Assembly (NCBI GenBank): GCA_950097015.1
Contig: CATNEN010000007.1
Coordinates: forward strand, 6,510,001 to 6,574,000
Source of the DNA: Macrostomum hystrix
Lineage: Eukaryota > Animalia > Platyhelminthes
Direction: 5' to 3'
DNA length: 64,000 nt
The notes under the pieces were generated by a model. It had not been told where the DNA came from. It searched no databases and saw only the letters and a list, made by a program, of their open reading frames with translations. This document shows, one piece after another, positions 12,401-23,340 of this stretch. Position 1 is the first letter of the stretch. The number at the start of each line of letters is the position of its first letter. A program made the position numbers and the translations under genes.

Positions 12401-15400
12401 CTGCGGAACGGTGTCCGCCTGCCGGCCGGCGATTCGCGCTGCCGCATGGAAACAATCATCGACGCCCAGGGGGACGGCGAGAGCGCCGGCCGGCTGACCA
12501 TCGCTGGAATCGGTCTGGCCGACAGGGGTGCCTATCAGTGCGTGGCCGAGCGGGACCTGGCCGTCTCGTCTCTGGTGCCGTATGACTCGGCTCAGGACAC
12601 CCTGATGCTGACCGTCAACAGTGAGAGCTTGCGTCATTAGCAACATTTAGAAACAATGTCATTAGCAACCATTGTTCCGAGAGCCCTTAAAAACGATGTC
12701 ATTAGCAACCATTTTCCCCAAACCCTCAGAAACGATGTCATTAGCAACAATTTTCCCCAAACCCTTAGAACCAATGCCACTAGCAACTGGAATTCAAACC
12801 TCGAACCGTCTCACTCGCAGAGGCTCCGCCGCAGCTGATTGAGCAGTCGCCAGAGCTGCCATTCGCCCCGGCCTTTCTCAACGGCAGCGACTCCGGGCAG
12901 TTCAGCTGCTTGTTCCGCGGCTTTGTCCAGCCCGTCATTCGAGTTACCCTGGACGGCAGCGCTGCCTTGTTCGACGACTTGCAGAGCCGCAGCGTGTTCC
13001 ACTTCCAGAAGGACGACCGTGGTCTCGGAGACGTGTTCGCGGTGCTCAAATATTATCCCAGCAGCCTTGAGCACACGGGGCGCATTGCTATCGAGGCCAG
13101 GAATGCCTATGGAGTGGCCAATTGCAGGATGACTCTGTTTGCCGCTGTGCAGCGTGAGTAGCCTTGCTCAGTACCCTGCGTTTTGCATATTTCCCCTCAT
13201 CTACCTGGCCCTCCCTTCATCTACCTGGCCCTCCCTTCATCTACCTGGCCCTCCCTTCATCTACCTGGCCCTCCCTTCATCTACCTGGCCCTTCCTTCAT
13301 CTACCTGGCCCTCCCTTTATTTACCTGTTTCTCAACTCGTCTCCTCCCTAACCATCCCTTCATCTCCTCGCTAACCATCCCTTCATCTCCTCCTAACTCT
13401 CCCTTCATCTCCCCCTAACTCTCCCTTTATTTCCACCCTAGCACTCTCTTCATCTCATCCCTAACTCTCTCGTCATCTCGTGCCTGCTAATCACGCAGCT
13501 CCGGTGCTGCTGGTGCGAGATTTCGAGCGACAACAGCTGGCCGTCTCCGACAAGCCGTTCAACCTCGACTGCAACGTCCTCGGCGGCCTGAACGCCATGG
13601 CTTCGTCGGCTCTGGAGCGAGTGCGACTGGCCTATCCTGGACTCCGGGTGCCCACCTACAGCCTGGAATGGCAGATGCAGCCGGGCTCGGGCCAGCTGCT
13701 AGTGCTGCCCAAAGACCACCGGATGCTTGTCAACGATCCCGCCTTGCCAGACCGTCTGCATGTGACCTCTGTGGAGTTCGCCGACGCTGGAATGTGAGCC
13801 CAAATCACATTAGAAATCACTCGGATTTTTTAAATTCACGTCCTAATATACGGTCCTATAAATATTTATACCAAAAATTTTACCCTAAAATACTCCGAGT
13901 TAAAATTTCCCGCAATATCCCAAATTGAAATATCCCAAACTTAAATTTTCCTAATGAAAATATCCCAAATGATAAACTACCGAATTAAATATTCCCACTA
14001 ACAAATGCTCATATCCCAGACAGGAAATTTCCAGATTGAAATATCCCACATTCCCAATGTCACTTCCCAATCGACCACGTCAGTTACACCTGCAAGGCCA
14101 AGCAGGGCGATAGTCGTACGGCCTACACGGTCACGACTCCAGCGCCGCAGGCCTCCACCACCGTCTCTGTGGTGCACGGCATCAGCGTGTCCAAGCTGCA
14201 GGACCAGCTCAACCTGGAGTCCGGGCTGGCCATTGCCGATACCTGCAAGCCCATCAACTCACCCACTGGCTGGTGGCTGGCCTGGTGGACCTACCGGCGC
14301 GACGGAGAAGCTCACGACATGCCGCTGCCGGACGGCGCTGTAGGAGTGCGTGGCCTTGCAACATGGATGGCGGGCTAACAGTAGCCATAGACAGTGGACT
14401 AGCAGTAGCCATAGACAGTGGACTAGCAGTAGCCATAGACAGTGGACTAGCAGTAGCCATAGACAGTAGACTAGCAGTAGCCATAGACAGTGGACTAGCA
14501 GTAGCCATAGACAGTGGACTAGCAGTAGCCATCGACAGTGGACTAGCAGTAGCCATAGACAGTGGACTAGCAGTAGCCATAGACAGTGGACTAGCAGTAG
14601 TCATAGACAGTGGACTAGCAGTAGTCATAGACAGTGGACTAGCAGTAGCCATAGACACTGGACTAGCAGTAGCCATCGACAGTGGACTAGCAGTAGCCAT
14701 AGACAGTGCACTAGCAGTAGCCATAGACAGTGGACTAGCAGTAGCCATAGACAGTGGACTAGCAGTAGCCATAGACAGTGGACTAGCAGTAGCCATAGAC
14801 AGTGGACTAGCAGTAGCCATAGACAGTGGACTAGCAGTAGCCATAGACAGTGGACTAGCAGTAGCCATAGACAGTGGACTAGCAGTAGTCATAGACAGTG
14901 GACTAGCAGTAGTCATAGACAGTGGACTAGCAGTAGTCATAGACAGTGGACTAGCAGTAGCCATAGACAGTGGACTAGCAGTAGCCATAGACAGTGGACT
15001 AGCAGTAGCCATAGACAGCGGACTAGCAGTAGTCATAGACAGTGGACTAGCAGTAGCCATAGACAGTGGACTAGCAGTAGCCATAGACAGTGGACTAGCA
15101 GTAGTCACAGACAGTGGACTAGCAGTAGCCATAGACAGTGGACTAGCAGTAGCCATAGACAGTGGACTAGCAGTAGCCATAGACAGTGGACTAGCAGTAG
15201 TCATAGACAGTGGACTAGCAGTAGCCATAGACAGTGGACGAGCAGTAGTCATAGACAGTGGACTAGCAGTAGTCATAGACAGTGGACTAGCAGTAGTCAT
15301 AGACAGTGGACTAGCAGTAGCCATAGACAGTGGACTAGCAGTAGCCATAGACAGTGGACTAGCAGTAGCCATAGACAGTGGACTAGCAGTAGTCATAGGT

Positions 15401-17397
15401 ACTTCACAGCTAGTGTAAATAGCCGTAGACCAAGAATAGTTAAGTAGAAGCAGCCCAGAACTAAATTCCCAATTTCCCCATCCCTTTTTCGATCTCCTAG
15501 CACGCTGGCCCCAGCCACGCCGCCAGCGAGTACTCATACGACTCATACAACACCGTGGACCTGACAGATCGCTGTCGCAAACTGCAGGTCGACCTGCTGC
15601 GAGAGGCTGGACTGAGCCACGGCTACAGCTTCTGGAACCGCCGCGCAATCCTGCAGCTGCAGCCGAAGATCTTGTCAGCGGATGAGCCGCACAGATACCA
15701 GGGCCTCTTTACCTGCCACATCGCCAGCTGCTTCGATCGCAAGTCCGCCGTCAAGCGGGTCACTTTGAAGGGTGAGTTTAGAAACTGAATTTTTTCTGAG
15801 CTTACAGAATTGCGCTTGCGATCCTCCCGATCCACAGACCCTGCGGATAATCGTTTATCGTTAATAATTGATGCTAACTTTCAGGGGAGTACCACTTCCA
15901 GGCCAACATGCCGCCAAACAGTCAGGAGGTGGTGCTCGACAGCCAGCTCAATGTGCACTGCGCCGTGGTGAACCCGGGCAATCCGCCGCCTCAGATCAGA
16001 TGGTACGAGGGCAACCGGCCACTGGACAGTGAGTGCCCCCTGCCTGACTGTCCTGCCTCATGCACCTTCCCTTCTCCGCCTCTCCCTTCCCTTCTCCGCC
16101 TCTCCCTTCCTTTCTCCCACTCTTCCTTCCCTTCTCCGTCTCTTCCTTCCCTTCTCCCACTCTTCCTTCCTTTCTCCCACTCTTCCTTCCCTTCTCCCCC
16201 TCTTCCTTCCCTTCTCCCCCTCTTCCTTCCCTTCTCGGTCTCTTCCTTCCTTTCTCCCACTCTTCCTTCCCTTCTCCGTCTCTTCCTTCCTTTCTCCCAC
16301 TCTTCCTTCCCTTCTCCCACTCTTCCTTCCCTTCTCCCCCTCTTCCTTACTTTCTCCGTCTCTTCCTTCCTTTCTCCGTCTCTTCCTTACTTTCTCCCAC
16401 TCTTCCTTCCCTTCTCCCCCTCTTCCTTCCCATCTCCGTCTCTCCCTTCCCTCATCCGTCTCTCGCATAGTCACACTGTTTTGAGTCGCACAGTCACCGC
16501 CTCTCCTCCCGCCCCGCCGCAGGCTTAAAAGTGGAAATGTACCGGCCTGATGCGAGTCCGCCGCAGCGCATCGCCCAATTCGCCAACGCCACATTGCGAA
16601 TCGCCAAGGTGCTGAAAACCGACCAGAACTTCCTGTGCGCCGTGGACGGCAGCCGGTCGGCTACGCTGAACTTGAACATCCGCCTGCCCGCCACGGTGCA
16701 TCCGTTTGAACCGGCCCGCATCGAGGTGCCCGTCGGCAGCAGCCGCAAGGTGCAGTGCAAGGTCGAAGGCGATTGGCCGAACACAGTCCACTGGTTCGGC
16801 AAGTTCCAGGCCTCCGGCAACGTCAGGTGCAACCTGTCCTCCGAGTTCCAGTACGAGCTGCTTCCGGCCTGTTCAAAGTCTTTGGCCGCCCTGGACGGCG
16901 GCCCGGCGGCGCAGATCCGCGTGACTGGCGACACACTGCAGTTCGTGAGCGTCAGTCAGGGCCTGCGGGGCGAGTACAGCTGCCGGGCCACCAACCGGTT
17001 CAGCCGAAAGGCCAGCGAGCAGAGCTTCGAAGTCCTGGTTGTCGAGCCGCCCAGCATCGTCAGGTCGCTGCAGCTGACCGACCGCGGCCACGAGTCGCTG
17101 ACGCTGCAGTGGGAGGCGCCGGCGAGCAGCGGGCACAAGAGCATCCTGCACTACACCATTCAGTTTCAAAGCGCCGATGGTTCGCGAAGGTCGCTGAATG
17201 TGAGCGAGCTGGACCGCAAGTACACGGTGACCGGCCTGCAGCCCGGCTTCAGCTACGACTTCGCCGTCTCCGCCGTTAACAGCGTCGGCGCAGGGCCAGC
17301 CGAGCACTGCAGCGGCACCACCAGGGAGCGGCCGCCGTCCGGGCCGGCGCGCGGCCTCCGAGTGCGGGCAGTAATTGATTGGGCAGTTGATTGTTAG
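6441..17397 (+). CDS. Dscam-like Ig/FN3 protein, left copy, 3'-truncated after FN3-1. Exons ~6441-6543, 8122-8526, 11323-11988, 12294-12620, 12821-13153, 13499-13793, 14084-14345, 15501-15771, 15885-16028, 16523-17397
   Basis: Signal-peptide exon (MTSTTALREAARWPWLQPIAGHLLLLAIAACSYT). Ig motifs (AFLAEPP, WRKDG..DSGSYEC, DRGAYQC, GEYSC) and FN3 (LTLQWEAP..YTVTGLQPGFSYDFAVSAVNSVG). GT/AG sites have compatible phases. Stop TAG at 17395-17397 lies just past the duplication junction. Confidence 0.8.
7588..8020. repeat. ~17-bp intronic tandem repeat (GATCCACCAAATCTACA); paralog 47968-48165
   Basis: Directly visible. Confidence 0.9.
8560..8880. repeat. ~45-bp intronic tandem repeat; paralog ~48706-48975
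   Basis: Units GGCAGACAAACAACC..GGCACATACGGGTTTGGGGTGG. Confidence 0.9.
9546..9971. repeat. 14-15-bp intronic repeat (CTCCTCCCCCTTCTG); paralog 49650-50384
   Basis: Directly visible. Confidence 0.9.
12046..12228. repeat. 17-bp intronic repeat (CTTCCTCTGCCTCTCAC); paralog 52466-52950
   Basis: Directly visible. Confidence 0.9.
13195..13326. repeat. 20-bp intronic repeat (CCCTCCCTTCATCTACCTGG); paralog 53965-54577
   Basis: Directly visible. Confidence 0.9.
14379..15397. repeat. 21-bp intronic minisatellite (CAGTAGCCATAGACAGTGGACTAG-type)
   Basis: Homogeneous array without spacers. Confidence 0.9.
16066..16450. repeat. 20-bp pyrimidine-rich intronic repeat (CTCTTCCTTCCCTTCTCCCA); paralog ~57297-57660
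   Basis: Directly visible. Confidence 0.9.
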
Positions 17398-17901
17398 GGC
17401 AGTAAATTTTTTTATGCAGTAAAAATCCGCGTAGCATAAATGTTAACGAAAAATAGAGAATAAATTATTCCACCTGTGACCTCGAGCTTTGTAATTCTAC
17501 CTGTGGAGTAGAACTCTGGCGAGTCCTCTGGGCCAGACTTGCCCGCCGCCGCGCGCTGCCTCTGAGACCGGTGGCGCTGCTCTGAGGCGGGATTCGCCGA
17601 GAAAGTTTTTTTCGCGCGTCGAGTAAGCGTATTAATAAACGTAAATTTAAATCGGCGCGCTTTTTTTGTTGATTCTTTACTGAGCGTATAATCTTGGCTC
17701 AGTAACAGAACAAGATCAGCACACCCCTTTAACACCGTCTAATCAGCACTGAACTTCAGTACAGCTTTGCCAATCTCAATGTCTAATTAAATTTAATTGT
17801 CATTTACAAAAATCCATGAAAAAACTTTCTAGCGCAAAATACCATCAAGTTTGAAAAACGCTGTTCAAACAAAATTTTCCAACTAGAATAAAGTAACTCA
17901 C

Positions 17902-18124
17902 GAGCCTCCTTCTCCAGGTCCGGCTCCTGGTAGTGCACGAAGATTTTGCACGGCCCGTCAACTGCGAAGAAGTGCTCCATCTGGTCGACACTGTTGCCAT
18001 CCAGGATGCCGTCCTCGACCTCGGATCGGTCCAGGCAGTAGAAATCGGCCACCTGGGCCAGGAGGTGGTGATGCCGGTCATCCAGCTGGTTGCGCTTCGC
18101 CTCTCGCTCTTCTTTGAGTTTTTG
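17902..18124 (-). pseudogene. Orphan duplicate of the dynein heavy chain exon 2332-2110
   Basis: Near-identical to 2110-2332 with splice sites retained. Upstream promoter and downstream exons are missing in this unit. Confidence 0.85.
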
Positions 18125-21100
18125 CTGCAAAGCGGGACACGTGGTATCCTTTGTTCGATTGGGTGTTTGAGAAACAAAGGTTTAAAAAATCTCTAGTTGA
18201 GATGAGAGAGCTCAAACCAAAGAGACCAGAGGAAAAGTCGAGCGAAGCGACAGCGCGGACTTTGAGCTGCTTGATTGAATACAGCATACCTGGGCCTAAC
18301 ATTTGAGTAGGGTTATGTTTTCAGGTTTGCACTTTTACAGGTAAATTGCACCTGTTCTCTACCTGTACACTCTGACTGGGGTGCTATTCGAACCGTTCCC
18401 GATTACGCAAGGACAGTCAGCTCGAGCCAATTCGGTACGTATTTTACTTAATCTGGATGAGATCTATATGGAAAGGTTGGTTTCAGACCGATTGAGTGTT
18501 TTGTTCATGTGCTGTGGGGTTGTAAACCCGGAAAACATGATTTTCGTCATTTTTCGTCATTTTTCGATCTACAAATGTCCAAAAAATAAGAATCCACGAT
18601 ATGCTGATGACAGGAAACTGCATAGCTAAGATGCACAACAAATATGCGCACAATATGTACATCTCGATTTGTCTTAATATGTCACTGTTATTTGCTGTGG
18701 TTCGAAAAACACAAATTACGGCACTCTGAGGGACATGAATTCGAATAAACATATCGTCGTACAACTTTTTTCTCCTGCATCGCACAAATATGAGCTTGGT
18801 GTCGCTGAACTACATTTTAGATGAACTTTCATTTGACGCTAGAGAAAAGTACATATGTGCACTTTGTATTCGTACAGTATTCAAATTTGTGCATGTACAG
18901 GTGTACATGTACTTGTACACGATAGTACAAAAATAAGAAAGTCGCTCTAAAATTGCAGAAAACTGCTCAGACTCGTAGAACTAGGTGTGTAGACAAAAGT
19001 TTATATTGAAAATTAAGCTCTGCGTGGAACTATTGTTGATCCAAATGAGGTCAAAGGTGGAAAACGTTGTTTTTGCAGTTTTTTGCACTTTTTCGACATG
19101 AAAAATTTTACGCTCGAAAAACATATTACTATTTAGCCCAATTTAACCTATTTGCCCCCAATGACAACATATTTTGGCTAATTATGTACACCTCAGTTAA
19201 GCCGTGAAAATTCGTTTTTCCTGTACAGGTCAGATCACCTGTGATCACGACACACGGGTGGCTTCACAATTTAAGGTACTCCTTTTAGTGTAACTTTTGA
19301 ACACTTTATTTTAAGACATTGAGTGAGGCGTCGTTTAGTAACACTTTAATGCGGCAATAAAATGACGCATAACACTTGTGTCATCTCATAACAGGTAAGC
19401 GTCAATACCCGATTGTATACCTGTACAGGTAAAAATTTGCGGCAAATTTGGTCTGGAATTGAGGCAAACGCATTAATTTAGCTGAAAACGGTGTCAAATA
19501 ATATGTGTAGGTGTTGTATAAGAAGTGGCACTTCAGGTTTTTCAAAAGATGTCATTGTAACTTTTAAAATCGGTCTCAAATAAAAATATCGTGTTTTCGG
19601 GTCCATTTTTTGCTGTTTTTGTCGTTAGGCCAAAAAGTGAATTTTGCATCGCTATAAGACGCTTAGTACCTCGGAGTAAACGTTGTGCGCCTCGAAATTC
19701 TACATCGAATGTATGTATCGTGTGTTCTGGGAAAATTCGAAATAGTTGAAAAATAGGAATAAAGGTGCAAATTAGTGCATTTTTATAAGTCTGTGTAATT
19801 TGAAATATGTAAAAGCGTTGGTATAACAAAAGTTTATGTCTAGCATTGAAAACGTAGTAACGTAGTACGCTTTGGCATATATACAGCGCAAAAAAATATT
19901 TTCTAAACGTTTTTCATTGAATTTCAGGTTATTCGAGTTGTTTCATTATGGATAATTAAATTTTCGCTTTTCTTCGTTGTATTAATTTAAAATTTTGGCG
20001 TATGCGATTTAGTTTATCACAAATTCTAACGTATATACTATGTTGTAGGGCTCTTTTATTAAAATCTCACAGCCGTCACTAGTTATCGAAAAGCCCTTCT
20101 CTCTATTTTTATTCTTTATAAATTACTTATATTTATCCACTGCAAAATGCTTATTAAATGTCAACTTTCGTTATGTTTAAAATCTCCCAATTTATAGGGA
20201 AGTATAACACTTTAATATATATTCAATTACTGCGGTAGCAAATCATAAGTGCCCGAGCGGTAAGACACTTTTACTTTTAACTGTATAGAATTACTCTTTT
20301 AATAATTATTAATCACACCCAGTCTTTAAGGCTCCAATGGATTGGAGGGTACCAGACACACACAACGTATTTATTTCTATCCAAAACTGGCCTTTTGCTA
20401 TCGTCTCAATAATAAACTGTCCTCCAATACGTTTTATATATTCCCAACGTTATTTCCTCTTTTATAGCAAATTTTATTCAAAGAACACGTGCATTCAGCA
20501 TATTTTATTCTTGAACTTGGGTTATGCTCCCGAAAGTTAGTTTTTCTCCTTACAGCGCGCGTGTATTTATAGCAAGAAATTGGGGGTGAGTGTGCATATT
20601 TAAACAAAATTAAAGCGTAGTTAAACAACGGTGAATTTCTACAATTTCCTAGAATTAAGCGAAGTTACGGTAAAATACAAGCTACGCAAAATATAGCCTC
20701 TTACAACTAATTTTGCAATCAAAGTATTTTGTGCGCAATTCCCTGCGTCACATAAGAAGGCATTTCGACTTTAAGTTTGTAGCTACGATGAGTTTAATTA
20801 TGCTGTTTACATTGCTATATTACTATCTGATATACAGAAGGATACTGATAGAACAGTGTTGTATCTCTTTAAGTTGGTTTCAATCTGCACAAGAAAGTGA
20901 GTAGCAGTAAGTTTTCATGTGCTTGTAAAGTATCCATAATTTATCAAACCATCCCAAATTTAAAATTTTATGTAAAAATGAAAACAGTATGCTTATAAAT
21001 GGTGAATGGGCAATATAAATAACTGTAAATAAATAAAACAACTATAACTAAATTATATGACTATATTTTATGATATAAAATTATAAATGAAAGCAATAAT

Positions 21101-21991
21101 AAAAGCATAATTTCCATATAAATAATTATGAATAAGAAATATATAGTGAAATATAATGATAAGGCAAAATAATAACGATATATATAAGCGCAAAGCGGGG
21201 TCAAGGGGGCGCTCAGCCCCCTTGTGGGGGTGTGGGGGCAAAGCCCCCACATAACGATAAGGCAAAATAATAACAATATGCTTATAATGGTCAATGGGCA
21301 ATATAAATAACTGTAAATAAATATAACAACTTAAACGAAATTTTATGACTATATTTTATAATATAAAATTATAAATGAAAGCAATAATAAAAATAAATGT
21401 TAGGCATATTTATCCTAATTATTTTAATAATTATAATCATTTCCATTTTTGCTTAAATCGTTCAACCTGTAAGGTGTATGAACAGCAAAATAACATTTTG
21501 ATGTAGTGGCTATCGACAGTTTTGAACAATGTCCGACGCTTTGAGTTTGGTTCACAGCAGGAATACCCACACTTTCTATTCAAAATTTAACCCCTTCGCT
21601 TTTGACCAGTTTTTTATTTTGTGTAATACTGCCTGTGAACAAATATGGGTTTGCCAATAATGATTAGGCTGTAAATATTCAGCTGAATTCTAAGGCACAA
21701 TAGTTCACTGCAAAGTCGTATCTGATGGTTTCACGTACCTGTGGGTGTTCGACTGTTCATTGAATAAATAGTAGGCTTCTCAAAAGTCTCATTTTCAATG
21801 GCAGCAAACAAAATCGGAGCGGCAAAGTATTTGTTTTGTTTTGCACTGCTTCATATCGTTCTCCCTAAATTTCTCAATTGCTTGACTGTCTCCAGTACTC
21901 GTACGAGTAATTTAAAAAGTGATTTCTTGTTTTTTTATTTGCTCGAAAGTGTTCTATTCGTTTGATTAAGTACGAGTTTTGTTTTGTGTAG

Positions 21992-23012
21992 TATCAATGT
22001 AACCGTTAACCGCCGCGGTGGCGGCGTCCAAGGTGGCGGCCGAGGCGGCGGTGGCGGCGTCCACGGTGGTGGCGGCGGCGGTGGCGGCGTCCGCGATGGT
22101 GGTGGCGGCTACGGCGGCCGAGGCGGCGGTGGCGGCGTCCACGCTGGTGGCGGCGGCGGTGGCAGCGTCCGCGGCGGTGGTGGCGGCTTCGGCGGTGGCG
22201 GCGGCGGTAGCGGCTATGGCGGTGGCGGCGGCGGTGGCGGTTACGGCGGTGGCGGTCAAGGCGGCGGTGGCGGCTACGGCGGTGGCGTCTACGGCGGTGG
22301 CGGCTATGGCGGTGGCGTCTACGGCGGTGGCGGCGACGGCGGCAGTGGCGGCCTAGCGCCTTTCGGTGGCGGCTACGGCGGCAGTGGCGGCTACGGCGGC
22401 GGTGACGGCCGAGGTGACGGCCGAGGCGGCGGTGACGGCCGAAGCGGTGGCGGCCGAGGCGGTGGCGGCTACGGCAGCGGTGGCGGCGGCGGCGGCGGTG
22501 GTGGCGGTGACCGAGGCGGTGGTGTGCGCGGTGGCGGCCGTGTTTGTGGAGGTGCCAGCGCTGGCCGTTTATGTTAGTTTTCCATTTAGTTATCATTTGA
22601 ATAGAGCATTTTTTCATAGAGTGCATGAGTTTCTTTCTATTTACTTTGGTTTTTTTATTTGCAGTATGCCATCGATGTTGCGGTCTCGGGCATGTTGCCC
22701 GAGACTGCAAAAAGAGAAGCCGCAGCCGCAGCCGCAGCGGCGCCCGCTGTGAAAACAGCAGCCGCCGCCATAAAAGCAGCAGTAGCAACAGCAGCAGCAG
22801 CAGTAGCAACAGCAAAAGCAGTAGCAGCAGCAGCAGCAAAAGCAGCAGTCGCGTAAGTTTCTGCGTTCGAACAGAATTATATATTTTGTATTTAAAAAGG
22901 CAATAAATTTTCATATTACAAATGTAAGGTAATCCTCTTCAGCAGGAGCAGCCCCAGCAGCAGCAGGAGCAGCCCCAGCAGCAGCAGCAAGAGCAGCCAC
23001 AGCATCAGATAA
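21992..23012 (+). CDS. Cargo gene fragment in element A: Gly/RGG-rich exon (~21992-22572), CCHC zinc knuckle + RS/Ser-rich exon (~22665-22852), short Ser-rich terminal exon (~22943-23012)
   Basis: GGYGG/RGG repeats. A phase-1 intron (GTTAGT..TTGCAG) joins them to CHRCCGLGHVARDCKKRSRSRSRS. A GTAAGT donor follows at ~22853. Confidence 0.55.
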
Positions 23013-23066
23013 GGCCAAAGCAGCCCTGCGTCATGCAGTAGGGGCAAAATTGAAATTGTTTAACAG

Positions 23067-23340
23067 AATAAGGGAATAGCTGATGGGGAATAAGGTAGTA
23101 GCTGATTGGGAATAAGGTAGTAGCTGATTGGGAATAAGGTAGTAGCTGATTGGGAATAAGGTAGTAGCTGATTGGGAATAATGTAGTAGCTGATTGGGAA
23201 TAAGGGAGTAGCTGATTGGGAATAAGGGAATAGCTGATTGGGAATAAGGGAATAGCTGATTGGGTTTAAGGGAATAGCTGATAGGGAATTTGGGAATAAG
23301 GGAATTGCTGATGGGGAATTTGGGAATAAGGGAATTACTG
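23067..23340. repeat. 22-bp tandem repeat (GGGAATAAGGTAGTAGCTGATT) inside element A
   Basis: About 12 directly visible, partly degenerate units. Confidence 0.9.

Larger units (their letters stand above)
1778..17366. repeat. Left unit of a tandem segmental duplication (right unit 17386-18196 plus 44033-~58577)
   Basis: 1778-2404 recurs at 17386-18196, and 5254-17366 recurs from 44033. ORF translations are near-identical. Confidence 0.95.

Noticed and set aside
14379-15397. Regular arrays (also 55606-56624, 62345-63580, 29703-30245) as CRISPR arrays
   Set aside because: No unique spacers, no cas genes and a eukaryotic intronic or transposon context; these are plain minisatellites.
14254-15648. 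Long ORFs such as (MATASPLS)n, (DSGLAVAI)n, (GISDYLGSNL)n, (MEALGQWKHW)n, (GRSRR)n
   Set aside because: They are translations of stop-free intronic tandem repeats. Canonical splice sites remove these regions from the Dscam-like gene.
17672-17863. ~190 bp present in the duplicated dynein intron but absent at ~2065
   Set aside because: No TIR, TSD or other structure is visible; most likely a simple indel.
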